Source of the DNA: Felis catus
Lineage: Eukaryota
Assembly (NCBI RefSeq): GCF_018350175.1
Contig: NC_058368.1
Span: 142,478,001 to 142,542,000, forward strand
DNA: 64,000 bases
Direction: 5' to 3'
Shown here piece after piece: positions 45,745 through 58,620 of the stretch (its first letter is position 1; every line of letters starts with the position of its first letter). Under the pieces are notes generated by a model. It was not told the DNA's origin. It made no database searches and worked only from the letters and a program-made list of their open reading frames with translations. The translations under genes were made by a program, and so were the position numbers.

Positions 45745-46936
45745 TAAGTTGAACTCTTACCTCACACCATATAAAACAACTCAGAATGGATACAAGACCT
45801 AATGTTAAGAGCTGAAACTATAAGACTCTTAGAAGAAAACTTGGGAGCAGATCTTCAGGAACTTAGATTTGGCGATGGATTATTAACTACGGCACCCACA
45901 AGAAACAAACAAAAGATAAATCACACTTTATCAAAATTTAAAACACTTGTGCATCAGAGTACACTATGAAGAAAGTAAAAAGACAACTCACAGAAGGGGA
46001 GAAAATATTAGCAAATCATATATCTGATAAGGCTTTAGTATCCAAAACATAAAAATAATTCTTTTAACTCAGTAACAAAAAGACAACCCAAATCAAAACG
46101 GGCAAAGGATCTGAATAAACATTTCTCCAGAGAAGACATACAAATGGCCAATAAGCACATAAAAAGATATTCAACATCATTAGTCATTAGGAAAAGGCAA
46201 ATCAAAACCATAAAGAGATACCACTTTACACCCACTAGGACGGTTATGATTTAAAAAAAAAAAAAGAGGGAAAACAAGTGCTGCCAAGGATACAGAGAAA
46301 TTGGAATCCTCCTACACTGCTGGCAGGAATGTAAAATGAGGCAGTTGCTTGAGAAAACAGTTTGGCAGTTTCTCAAAAAGTTAAACGTAGGGTTAAAACA
46401 CGACCCAACAATTCCACTCCTATGTGTCTACCTGAGAGAACTGCAAACAGGTGTCTAAACAAAAACTTGTTCAGGAATGTTTATAGCAGTTTTGTTAGTC
46501 AAAAAGTAAAAAATAAACCAAATGGCCAAGCTAAACGTGGTATATTCATATAGCGTGATATTATTAAGCCATAAAAAGGAATGAAATACTGATACATGCT
46601 ACAGTATGGATACACGTCAAAAACATTAGGCTAAATGAAAGGAGCCAGACACAAAAGGTCACGGAGGAGTCCAGTTATGTGAGACACCCAGAATAGGCAA
46701 ATCTGTAGAGACAGAAAGCAGATTAGTGGTCACTAGGGGCTTGGGGAGGGGGAAATGGTGAATGATTGCCAATGGGTATGGGATTTCTTTTTGGAGGTGA
46801 TGAAAATGTCCTGAAATCAGTGGTGGTGGTGGTTGCACAACCTTGTGAATGTACTACGCAAGCCACGGGACAGTAAACTTTAAAACAGTTAAAATGCTGA
46901 GTTTTGTGTTTTGTGAATTTTATCTCAAATAAAAAA
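45745..46936 (+). mobile_element. Old L1 (L1MB-like) ORF2 3' part and 3' UTR
   Basis: 'aaaggatctgaataaacatttctccagagaagacatacaaatggccaataagcacat', 'gccataaaaaggaatgaaatactgatacatgctaca' and a terminal 'atctcaaataaaaaa'. Confidence 0.9.
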
Positions 46937-47302
46937 GCATATTTTCTGAAACCAAAATGTACTGAGTGGGAAGAGTAACATTGTTTTATAATTTTGCAAA
47001 TCTTTTTTTTTACTTATGACCTAGTAGAAAAGAGTTGGGTGCTCATACTTGCTTCTGCATTCGAACTGTTACAATGTTGTTTTGTTGAAGTAAAGGAAGA
47101 AAAGCCAGCCTCACATAGACATACAGCTAGAAGAGGAGACTTTAATAGCTTTCTAGATAATAGTGGCTATTGATTCTTCTCTGATATGATGCCAAAATTC
47201 AACAAACAGATTTTTAGAGGTTAATTGTGATGTGGAATCTGAAAACAAATCTATCAGCTTTTCATGTTCTATTATATTAAAACCCACTGGTTTATCTTGC
47301 AA
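46937..47302. mobile_element. Charlie1-like hAT fragment
   Basis: 'gaagagtaacattgtttta...tgcttctgcattc...gtgatgtggaatctgaaa...attaaaacccactggtttatcttgca' resembles Charlie1. Confidence 0.65.
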
Positions 47303-47780
47303 AGTAAAAAAGTAGAAGGGTAAGACGAAAGGATGGTAAGGTTTCTTTCTTTGTGTGTATATAACCCCGATTTAATTTCGATAAAGACAATGCGGAAAAG
47401 GATAAAGATAACATTCAAAGTTATTAGCGAATGATGAGCAATGGAGTTGTTCAGCTTTAAGGAACATTTTACGCTGAGTGAAAGGGAGAGATGTACTTTT
47501 AGTCCACACATGGTAAGCGCCTTTGTATATGCCAGGATTTTGGCTGGGTGGTAGGAGCAGGACTCAGGAAGGAGTTGGTAGGAAATGTACAGCATACCTC
47601 CATTTACTTCAAAAGTCTTCCCAGCCAGGCTGAGTTCAGGCTGCTTTGCCTGGCCAGGGTGGTGATGGAGAGCAGACCTCACAGCCCAGCCACCAGCACC
47701 AGAATGCAGACTTCTCTGGGCAAGGCAGAGGTGCCCGTGTCACTGAGCCAGCAACACAGTAGATGCTCAAAACTCCCTGT

Positions 47781-48005
47781 GGGGGTTGCCTGGGTGGTGG
47801 CTCAGTCGGTTAAGTGACCGACTTTGGCTCAGGTCATGTTCTCACGGTGCGGTTTGTGAGTTTGAGCCCCGTGTCGGGCTTTCTGCTGTCAGCATGGAGC
47901 CTGCTGGGATCCTCTGTCCTCTCTCTGCCCCTCCCCCACTCGTTCTCGCTCTTTCTCTCTCTCTCAAAAATAAACATTAAAAAAAAGAAGGAAGAAAGAA
48001 AGAAG
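47781..48005 (+). mobile_element. Can-SINE
   Basis: Head, body and A-rich tail. Confidence 0.88.
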
Positions 48006-48099
48006 AAATGTACACCAGTAGAAAGATTTTTCTTTATTGTTGCTTGGCAAACATTTTTTAACATCTTTTTTGAAAAACTGTAAGCTCATTGATTTCATC

Positions 48100-48297
48100 A
48101 TTTTTAAATGTTTATTTATTTAATTTGAGAGAGAGAGAGCTGGACGGGCAGAGAGAGGGAGAGAGAGAATCTCAAGCAGGCTCCACGCTGTCAGCACAGA
48201 ACCCCATGAAGGGCTCAATCCCAAGAATGGTGAGATCATGACCTGAGCCGAAATCAAGAGTCAGATGCTTAACCCACTGAGCCACCCAGGCACCCCT
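48100..48297 (-). mobile_element. Can-SINE
   Basis: Near-TSD tgatttcatcattttt/tggtttcatcattttt. Confidence 0.9.
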
Positions 48298-48574
48298 GGT
48301 TTCATCATTTTTGTGCATCTTTTACATCACTGAGATCATACTGTAGATAGCCCTGTAGCTTTTTTTTTTCCCCCCCACTTAACACCACGACCTAAGCATT
48401 TCCTCATGTTAGTAAAAATTCTGTCTGTTCCAATTTTAATCCTGTCTAAGCAAGGCCTATTTCTGTGCTTGCTGGTGACCATCCCAGAGTGCACATCCCA
48501 TTAGAGAATCCCCAACGGTTTCCATACAGCTCTGTTAAGAACCCCAAATATTTCAATAATCATTTTTTAAAAAA

Positions 48575-48862
48575 CTTTTCTTTTTTTTTTTAATTTTTGA
48601 ATTTTACTTAAATCCAAGTTAGTTAGCATATAGTGGAATACTGATTTCAGGAGTAGAATTTAGTGATTCATCACTTATGTAGAACACAGAGTGCTCATCC
48701 CAACAAGTGTCCTCCTTAATGCCCATCACCCATTTAGCCCATCCCCCCACCCACCTCCCGAACAGCAACCCTCAGTTTGTTCTCTGTATTTAAGAGTCTC
48801 TTATTGTTTGCCTCTCTCTGTTTTTATCTTCTTTTTCCTTCTCTTCCCCTGTGTTCATCTGT
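48575..48862 (-). mobile_element. Carnivore L1 3' UTR fragment
   Basis: T tail and 'gtgctcatcccaacaagtgtcctccttaatgcccatcaccc...cctcagtttgttctctgtatttaagagtctc', similar to the 3' UTR of the L1 at 2.8 kb. Confidence 0.85.
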
Positions 48863-49171
48863 TTAAAAACCCTAATTTTCTATCATACCAATTGCCCTAC
48901 ATTGCTGTTTAATGATACCTTCTGCCACCAGCCTGAGAAGGCCTAGGCAGGCCAAGTAAAGGAGACCCTAGGACTCTCAGGGGAAGCAGCTAGACCACTT
49001 TTCTAGGTTCAGACCCAGCCATGGCCACATAATACTGTGATCTCAGACAAATTATTTAATCTTTTTGTACTTCAGTTTTCTCATAAGTAAAAGGAGGAAA
49101 ATGATAATAATAGCTCCTGCCTCATAGGATTATTGTCAGTGGGTACATGCGGGGGCTTATAACAATGTTTG

Positions 49172-49435
49172 GTGGGTGGGGGTGTGGGGGAGATGGTGTT
49201 TAAAGAGACAAACTCACAACCAGTAAATAAATAAGTCCTGGAGATCTAATGCACAGCATAATGATTATGGGGAACAATATAATATTATAAATTTCAGTAT
49301 TGCTAAAAGACTAAATCTTAATGGTTCCCAACACACACGCGCACAGAGGAGATAATTACGCGACATTGATAGAAGTGTTAGCTAAGCTAACTTACACAAT
49401 GTTATGTGTCAATTTTATCTCAATAAAATAAAAGA
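49172..49435 (+). mobile_element. L1 3' end fragment inserted into a MIR (~49000-49480)
   Basis: 'aataagtcctggagatctaatgcacagcat...tatctcaataaaataaaag'; near-TSD aacaatgtttg/aacaatgcttg; MIR halves on both flanks. Confidence 0.78.
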
Positions 49436-51164
49436 AACAATGCTTGACAGGTAATACATGTTAGTCGTTTCCATTATTATTAACTAGACTCAGACAGCCC
49501 TGGGTTGAAAGCCCTTATTTTCCACTTGCCCCCAAATCTCAGTGTACAACTTCTCTCTCTGCTTTGTTTTTCTGCCCTCTAAATCTGTATTCTAGTACCT
49601 ATATCACAGAGTTGACATTTAAATGAGCTCAGTGCAGAGCAGCTAGAGAGCTTGCTCACGGTGGGGACACAGAAAACAGGTATTATGTCTCAGGCCTCTG
49701 TTACAAGTCCCCACCCCCAACACCATAGAGCAGGTGTTTAGCTGAGGAGAGAGATTTGGGGACAGTTTTCAGGGGAAGAAGAAGGCACAAGGCTGGCATT
49801 CGGTAATTTCCTTCTTACCACCCCCAGATCACTGACTGATGAGGCCTCAGGAGTCTCCACTACCCAGAGACCCACCCATCAAGGGAGAGGGATGCCCCTG
49901 GGTCAGCAGACTGTTTTCTTAATTTGTTTCTAATCAAGTGTTCTGTTGGAGGACTTTTCCAGCTGTGGTAGGGTGGGAATGTTTCAATAAATGTGTTATC
50001 AGAAAGATCTAGTTCCTCTGTTTAAAAAATATCTATCCACTTGTGGGATCACAGAAATGGAAGGCTTTGTGATGAAACAGGCACCCCGGCAAGTTCCCAA
50101 ACAGAAGGCTCCTTTGCAGGGTTTTCTTTGGGTGACTTTTCAAAGGCTCCTGCCTGGCTGGCCGCCCCAGGCTAGTCCTCAGAATGCAGGACTCCAGCAG
50201 GAAAACACCCGGTTCTCAGCAGACACGGTCCCTGACAGTCTATCCCTCCCTTAGGCCTCCTTTACTGCAGCCTAGCACATGTGAAAGTGCCCAACTACTT
50301 AGGCAATTAGGTAAGAGCATAAAGGAATCAATTAATATGTAAGTCTGCCACTCACCTAATTCATAAGTGATGAAAACATGGCTCAAGAGGTTGATCTGTC
50401 TCTCTCTAAGCAGGCCTCCTTCCTCTGCCTCCAATCTCTCACTTCCTCTTCCAACTCCACCTTGGGAGAGTTCCTTTTCTGCATTTCACTGACTTCCAGT
50501 CCCTTAGCCACATCTGCTATCTCTCCTCTAATACCCTCAGACCCTGGAGATTCCACCTATCTGCCTGGGCCAGAGGGTACCCTCTCTCCAGTTGAAAGCT
50601 GTCTCCTCAAGCCCTTGAGATGCAGCTTGTATGCAGTTCCTCTCCATCATCATGGACTTTCACTCTCAGAACCCTGCTCTTGGCTCACCTGGACTGAAAT
50701 GAGTTCCTGTGGTCACACAGCTTATCTTTGTTTGTGGATATAAGGGGTTAGAAGACTCACTGTTGTCCCCACATCCTGCCTTGGATCCCCAGCATTGGTT
50801 TTCTTCTATCACATGCTCCCTATCTAGTTTTGGTCATACCTGCCAAGGCAAAGGACTATGCTGGCGGCCAGAGAATAGTAGGTTGTAAGCCTTGGCTTCA
50901 CTGCCAAAGAGCTTCTGATCTAACTTACGGCCAAATAAGACTACAAGCCTTAGGTGACAGTGAGTGTACTCATAATCGCAAGCAGGAAGGACTTTCTTCC
51001 CTGGCAAGGGTCAGGGAAGGCTTCCCAGGAGAGGTGAGATTTGAATTGAACACTAATAGATTAGGCAGGCCAGTGGTTCTCAATGCAAAGAAATATATGC
51101 TCTCTGGGCTGTACCCCCAGAGTTGTGACACACAGGTCTGGGGTAGGGTATTGTTGCTGAATAA

Positions 51165-51385
51165 TTCTTCCTCTTCCTCCTCCTCTTCTTCTTCTTCTTC
51201 TTCTTCTTCTTCTTCCTCTTCCTCTTCTCCTCCTCCTCCCCCTCCCCTTCCTTCTTCTTTTTCTTCTTCTTCTTCTTCTTCTTCTTCCTCTTCCTCTTCC
51301 TCTTCTTCTTCTTCCTCTTTTTTCTTCCTCTTCTTCTCCTTCTTCTCCTCCTCCTCCCCTTCCTCCTCCTCCTCCTCCTTCTTAT
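51165..51385. repeat. Polypyrimidine (TTC)n/(TCC)n tract inside a MER5-like remnant
   Basis: Read directly; the flank begins 'cagtggttctcaa' at 51071. Confidence 0.95.
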
Positions 51386-52841
51386 TCTTTTTTACGTTTC
51401 ATGGGTGACTGACTTAGGTGATCAGTGTTGAAAATTGTCGGTTTTGGTGAGGCTGAGAGAAGTAAGGCATATCAGATAGAAGAAACAGCTAAAGAGGGAA
51501 GAGACCAAAGAGGAAAGGCAGGAAAGCACAGAGCTTTTATTCAGGGCAGGACAGGCAAGAAATAGATTCATTTAGCAGGTAGGTATTAGTGCTTGAAAGG
51601 CAGCTCAGAAGTTTAGATTCTATACTTGAAACAATGGGGAACCATTGACGGTTTTTGAGGGAGGGGTGTCTTAGGAGATACGAAAATGTTTGTACAGCAA
51701 GCAGTTGCTCTGCCTAGAATTCTCTCTCTTCTCAGACTTGAAAGAGGCACACTACTTTCCTGTGTCCTGGTCTTTTTTGCAACTGCAGGTCAAGCTAAAC
51801 CTCGATGTCATGTTGAATCCTGTCCCAGCATGATTGGCAGTGAATATATGCATTGCTTTATTCCCATGCCTTCCAAAAGACAGTCATAAAAATGAGTCTG
51901 ATGTTGCATTTCCCAAAATTTCAGCCAGGTGATCATGTCTATGGAGAGGTAGTTTTCACAGACGTGCAGGTAAAGGTGATAGAAAATAAAGAAAGGACCA
52001 ATTTAAGAGATGGAGCAAAGGAAGAAATGTAGGACTTGGAATGCAGAACAGGCAATCAGGATGGCAAATAAGAATTTCTTAAGGAAAATAAGGCTATGTG
52101 ATTTACAGAGTAGCTGCCTTCAAAGACCCGAAGGCTATCACATGATAGAAGCACTAGGCTTGTTGTGTATATTGCTAAGTTCCCTAAGAAGTCAACGATT
52201 GGGAATGTTCAAACAGGTCATGGAGGCTAAGTTATAACATCATGGTGTTCCAAGTTCTATGAAGTGCTTAAATGTATAGAGTCAGCCATTACTCTCAGTA
52301 AACCAAGACTGTAACAACAGCACTGCTTATAATAATAACATCTTTCATTTGTATAATGTCAGCCATTAAATTTCTTTCGAACGCTGCACAAAACCTGGCA
52401 GGATTTTGGGCTGTATGAAAAAAATTGCTGATGAAAAATATATTACTTAGGGCTTCTGCCCTTCTTTAGCCTGTTGGCCCAAATGAACAAATACATTATC
52501 CAAAAGAAAATACATGTTATACTTACAGAACATAGTCCTTTTCCCTCTAAAAATTACAAATGTCTTTTTCAAGTCCTGCCCACTATTACTGAGGATGTAT
52601 GCTAGTGCTCTATTCTCTCTGGGGTAAAAAGCACCCCCTAGGGACAAGTTAGATGCTCGACTATATCCATGAGCTCTGCAAGAAATCCTGATAAATAAGA
52701 CCTTTAGCAGTAAATGATATAACACAAAAATAGGAAAAGGGCAGCTTGATAGTCAGGCTACCGAAATATATGTAGAATTCTCGTTAGGAGAATGCTGGGG
52801 AAAAGGTATTCACTGTACTAAGAATAAGAAAACATAGTCTT

Positions 52842-53032
52842 GGGGCACTTGGGTGGCTTAGTCGGTGAAGTGTCCGACTTGATTTTGGCTCAGGTCATGA
52901 TCTCATGGTTCGTGGGATCGACTCATGGTTTCTAGATTCCAGCCCCACATCCAGCTCCACACTAACAGCATCGAGCCTGCTTGGGATTCTCTCTCTCCCT
53001 CTCTCTGCCCCTTCCCTGCTCATGTGTGCGTG

Positions 53033-53074
<42 letters not shown>

Positions 53075-53110
53075 ATAAATAAATAAACTTTAGGGGGAAA
53101 AAAGAAAAAA
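52842..53110 (+). mobile_element. Can-SINE with (CT)n and a short internal duplication
   Basis: Head with ctcatggtt repeated; near-TSD aaaacatagtctt/aaaaatagtctt. Confidence 0.9.
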
Positions 53111-54293
53111 ATAGTCTTAACTTTAATAATGATGTCAAGAATGACCCTCAGGAGGATGTAATAAAATATTTTCTCTGAACAATACAGTTCTTTTCTTGAG
53201 ATGAGTGTTAAACTGGGCCCCTATGAGCACCATGAGGGCAGGTGCGTCGTTGTCATTGTTTCTACAATTGCCATCACTGCACCCCGGGATCAAGCACAGT
53301 GCCTGGTTCATGATAGGCACTCACTGAGCTTTTGATTAAAGAAAGGATGGATAGATTTGATTACCTACTGCCTAAAAGTATTGCATAGCTTATTTTTTAT
53401 TTATGAAAGCAAAGGAGTAGCCAAAAAGAAAACCACCAATCCCCCCACATAATACACAGTTTGGCAAATAAAGAACCTTGGATCACAGAGAAGCGCTGTG
53501 AGGAGGCAATCACTGGAAATTGTGTAGACTTGGAAAAGGACCAAAAATGTTCAGGCAGATCCTAAGTTCAGCCTGTACAAGATTAGAGCAATAAATTGAG
53601 TGTATTTATCATTTAAATGAACAACAAATGGGAATGTGAGATAAGCTGACATTCAAACTCACTAAACTCTGTATTTACAGAACAAACACTTTGCAAATGG
53701 CCCCAAGGTTACAGTTCTTTTAAATTTTTCACATTATTGCTCTAAGATGCGGTGGGCCTGAAAGACCACAATGGTGTGACAATTGTGCCAAAAAGCAAGC
53801 AACGTAAATACCCAGGAAAGGAGAACAGTACCTTTTTCTCTCCCTGGTTGGAGGTTTGAGAGAACCAGTATTTTTAAAAAGATAAAAAATTGGAAAGGAA
53901 ACTTTCTAAAAAGAGGGAAGGAGATTGGTAGAAAGAAAAGCATAAGTGAAAAACAGTATAATACTTGGGAAAAGAGGAAAAAGGGTTGAGGACAAGCAAA
54001 GGAAAAGAAAACATGAGTACAAGTCAGGATTCTAGGACCTTGTGAGTATAAGAAGAGGGCCTCTGAAGCTCTATTTGCAAGGATAGTAAACACATAGCCA
54101 CACAGCAGAGGTCTCTGAGAAGCCTTGAAATTTGAAGATACATAATCTCTAAGTCTGTGAAGACAACATGGGGTTTTATGTTGACATTGTGACAACAAGC
54201 CAGACTTCCTATGAATCCCTTCTTCTCTCAAAGAGAACTGTTTCCAAACAGACACAACCCAATTATGAGTACACCTTAGAAAGCTGTGCATGG

Positions 54294-54510
54294 GGGGGGG
54301 GGGGAGGGATGGGGGACGGCAGCTGGGTGGCTCAGTCGGTTGGGCGATCTCGCAGTATGTGAGTTCGAGCCCCGCGTCGGGCTCTGTGCTGACAGCTCAG
54401 AGCCTGGAGCCTGTTTCAGTTTCTGTGTCCCTCTCTCTCTGCTCCTCTCCTGCTTGCACTCTGTCTCTCTCTGTCAAAGATAAACATTAAAAAATCAAAA
54501 AAAAAAAAAA
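54294..54510 (+). mobile_element. Can-SINE with an anomalous G-rich 5' end and an internal deletion
   Basis: TSD agaaagctgtgcatggg on both sides. Confidence 0.88.
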
Positions 54511-57500
54511 AGAAAGCTGTGCATGGGTTACATGGTCATAGCCAACCTTGTCACCTCCACCAAAATCCTTCTTCCCATCAACTCCAGATAGCAGCCAAAC
54601 TAAATGGCAGAGATGACAAGCGTGGATAATAGCTTTTCCTCTGTTCCTTCCCCACCACTTCCTTTTTCTCCTCAATTTTAATCTTGCCCATGAGTCCTTT
54701 TTCACCTCCGTTTCCACCATTCACAGAACGTTGACTTTCACCTCAGGCAACTTATATTCCATACAGACTTACTAAACATAAGACACCAGCATCACCAGTC
54801 TCTAAAGAACCTGAAGCAGCCCAGAAAGTCCCTCCGGAAGCTCCATAAAAATCTCCGTTGGTTCCTTGCTGCATACTCCAACGTTTATCATAAATGAACA
54901 CCACTACTTTTTCTGTTATTATTTTTCTGTCTTGTTTAAATACAGGCATGTTACTTGCTAATGCTCTTCATTCCAATTACATCTTAGCTATCTTTTAAGT
55001 GAAATACCCTTTCTGAAAGTTGACCACGGCGCAGAGATAGGGCCTGGTGAAATGGCGCGTCGGGTCTCATCTGGCTCTTTTGCTTCAGTGTGCACCGGGA
55101 GTGTCAAGCCTGGCCCAAGATTGCCTCCCTGATCATGTGTCCAAAGTACACTCCTAGCCAGAGTCTCTGTTCAAACTCTTGACGATCCAAACGGTAGAGC
55201 CCTGTTGTGGCTTTACTTCTTTCAAATGTGAAGGCTTGAACTATAAGCTCTCCATCCCTGGTGGACAGACAGGGCCAGGAGGGGAGGCAAGTTCTATAAG
55301 GAGGGGATATGAGGGGGATAAAGAGTGGCATCTTTTCTACAATTCCCTACAGTGTCCCACTCTATCATGGTCCACCTGAGTAATGAGTAAATTCTTGCTT
55401 CTCTCAACCTCAGGCTCTTAACTTTAATAATTAATGCAAGTATCCATCAAACTAGTTATGAAACAGATTCTTTGAGAATTAGCATCTCATTTTCCAGCCT
55501 CCGGTATTCTATAAAAAGACGAATTCTGGGAACACCTTTGGGATTAAGTCCTTTCAGGTTTACACCGGGCAAAGGAGCTTGATATAAGGGCAGAGCAAAG
55601 TCCTGTGCATACTGTCTTCTAGGTGTAATCACTCAGAACAGGCCTCAGGAAAACATTCAGAGTGGTGAGGTTTCTATGCCCCTCTTTGAGACTTCTCTCC
55701 CACCTCCTGGCAAGTTATTATAATGACTTTAGTTTGCATAGCACTTTACAGTTTAGCAACATTTTGATATAAATTATCTCATGGACACGCCAAGACAGGC
55801 GAAGATACTGGGGATGATTCAGCTGCTATTTATACAGTAATGACTGTGTGTCAGGCCCAGTGGAGACAAGATGATCAATAATGCAGTTCCTACCTTCAAG
55901 GAGGCCAGTAGAGAACACTCACCACCAGCAAGAATTGACGACACAGCCCTAGACTATCAGGGCCCATAGAAGAGCCACTGATCCAAGAATAGAAAAGCTT
56001 TCTGCAAGAGCTGTTACCTGATCTTTAGAGAACTGGGTTAATAAAGCAACAAGAGCCACAGGAAGAGTGTTCTAGATGCCCCAACCTATTCATATTTGAC
56101 CACTTAAAGAGGAAATCTATGAACTCGAATAAACATCTAATGGTGGGGTTTCAGACCTTATAAGAAAGCCCAAGGAGGTATGTGGAACAGGTAATGTGTG
56201 GGGAAGTTTGGGCTCAGCTATATCATCCCCTAGTCCCTAGAATGAATGTGCCTCTTCCAGGAAGCCATACCAGCATCTAGGATATTCCTGTAAAGTAAGC
56301 CTGTCTACAAACTATAGCCTCTTCCCCAAAGACAGACACAGAGTAACTCTCCCTAACTCTTCTTCTTAATACAAAGATACCCATAGAGATAGGTCACGTG
56401 TACCACGTGGAGAGTGGCCCTTCTGGAAGCGACAACCAGGAAAACGATGTCAGAGCTTTTCAACCACAAAGTGTAGTTTAACACATTCAAGCACCGACAA
56501 GTGTTACCATTTATTGTTTGTGGTTAGAGGTTGAGTCCAGAACAACTTTTCCTGCATCTTCACATCTCCCTGGAAAGGAAGAGGTACTCTGAGTCCCCCA
56601 TATGTCCCCTCAAACAGTGGCCCAAAGGTAGCTAATACCTGAAGGCAGCAAACAAATCTCCAGAATTTTGTCCCAAGAGACCAGTCCAGCATCTCCAGGG
56701 GTTGTCGGGCATTACCACCACAGTGTACCTTCGATTTTTCTCACGGTTGGACACAATAACATCACGTAAATTGTTTTGAAGAAGGATTAGACATCACTTC
56801 TGGTCATGCTGACCCTCCTTTTTAAAAATGTCTGGGATAGCAAAATGGGTGAGATAAGTGTAAAATAATTTTAAAAGATGCCATTTCTAGAAACGGCACG
56901 GAACTGCTTCCTTGTGTGGCCTGTGAGGTGGCCAGGGGTCTGCAGACTATCCTGGATCCAGGCCTAGGAAGTGACTCAGACGTGGCAAAGCAGCGATGTT
57001 GTTGGAGAAATCCTGGGGCTGGATTTGGGAATGGCACCTACTTGATGATGATATAAATTCTGGTCTTGTGCACATATTGTTTTGCAAAATCCAGGCATGA
57101 GATCATTTGGCCTGAATGTTTGCTCTGAGGGTTTCTCACAGACAAACACAGTTATCTGAATTGAGTTAGGCCAGGGGAAAGGCATTTGGGGGATTATCTG
57201 ATTGTTCATGTGGACCTTTAAACGTTTCTCAGTTGGGCTTAAGACCAAAGATTTTATATTTGTTTTCTAGAGGGCCCACAGAGGAGGAGCCCACAGATTT
57301 CTAATCATGTAATATTTTCCTACTACTTTATGGAGAAGAACTGAAACACTCTCTCCAATCATGGACGAGGAGACAGAACAGCCGCCACTATTCTTTCGGG
57401 CAGCATTTATTTGATTAGATGGCTGGGCGTTTCTGTTTGTTTTTTGTTTTAGACTTTTCAGAAGAAGAGTCTCTGAGATCGCCCATCATTTTACGTAGGA

Positions 57501-57589
57501 TTTTCTATCTCAAGTCAGAGGTCGTGAATAACTGCAGTTTTAGATCAGCGACACTGCATCTTTCCAGAAGAAAACACATCACTGCACTG

Positions 57590-57740
57590 TTTCTGACCAC
57601 TGGCATCAGAATCGTTCCCCAGGGAAACCAGTTAAAGAGAAGATTCCTGGACTCCTCTCCAGAGATCCCTACTCACCAGGTCTGGGTCGGGCCCTGGAAT
57701 CTGCAGGTAGACTTGTGATCCACTGAACTTGCGAGTGCTA
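57590..57740. mobile_element. MER5-like fragment
   Basis: 'catcagaatc...agattcctggactcc...ggtctgggtcgggccctggaatctgca'. Confidence 0.6.
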
Positions 57741-58224
57741 GATAAAGTGGTCATTTTCTCTCTCTCCCACATCCTTTGCTTGATTTTGCTCAAAGGAATG
57801 TATGATGTAATATAAAAGTTATATGTGTAAATACAAAATGCAAAAATATAAATATAATCTTAAAACTATTTAAAAATTTAATATAGCTAAGACTAAAATG
57901 TTAGCACTCATCAGAAAGGTAGGGGATATTTGGCCTTTCAACGGTGTGGAATACCAAAAGGCAACAAAAAACCTAACTGGTTTAATTGGGTTATCTAATT
58001 GGTTATCATTTCTTGAGCAGAGAGAGAGGAACAGGTGTCCTAAAGGCAGACCTGCAGGGCAGGGGGGGGAAGGAGATGATGTCCAACAAAGGGAGGCTTG
58101 TGAAGGCAGCCAGATAGGATAGGTTTTACCCGTTCTTTCATCTGCAAAATGTTCAGAATCAACTTCTGTAATGAAGAGGCTTGCTTACGAAGGAGGACAG
58201 GCTCAGACTCAGAAAAAGAATATT

Positions 58225-58620
58225 CTTTATTTTTGAGAGAGAGCAAGTGGGGAGGGACAGAGAGGGGGACAGAGGATCTGAAGCAGGCTCTGCACTGACA
58301 GCAGAGAGCCCGATGTGGGGCTCAAACCCATGAACCATGAGATCATGACACTTAACTGATGAGTCACTCAGGCACCCCAGAAGCTGAATATTTTTTGTAA
58401 TTTTTAAAATTTATTTTAATTTTGAGACAGAGAGAAAGAGAGAGAGAGTGAGCGCATGAGCAGAGAAGGGGCAGAGAGAGAGGGAGACACAGGATCGGAA
58501 GCAGGCTCCAGGCTCTGAGCTGCCAGCCCAGAGCCCCATGAGGGGCTCGAACTCACCAACAGAGAGATTATGACCTGAACCCAAGTCAGCACTTAACCGA
58601 CTGAGCCACTCAGGCGCCCC
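58225..58620 (-). mobile_element. Two adjacent Can-SINEs (~58225-58378 and ~58395-58620)
   Basis: Two minus-strand SINEC bodies ending in ggcacccc and ggcgcccc. Confidence 0.9.

Noticed and set aside
50830..51408. 192-aa poly-Ser ORF (similarly 8313-8645 and 15951-16511)
   Set aside because: The frames are kept open by microsatellites.
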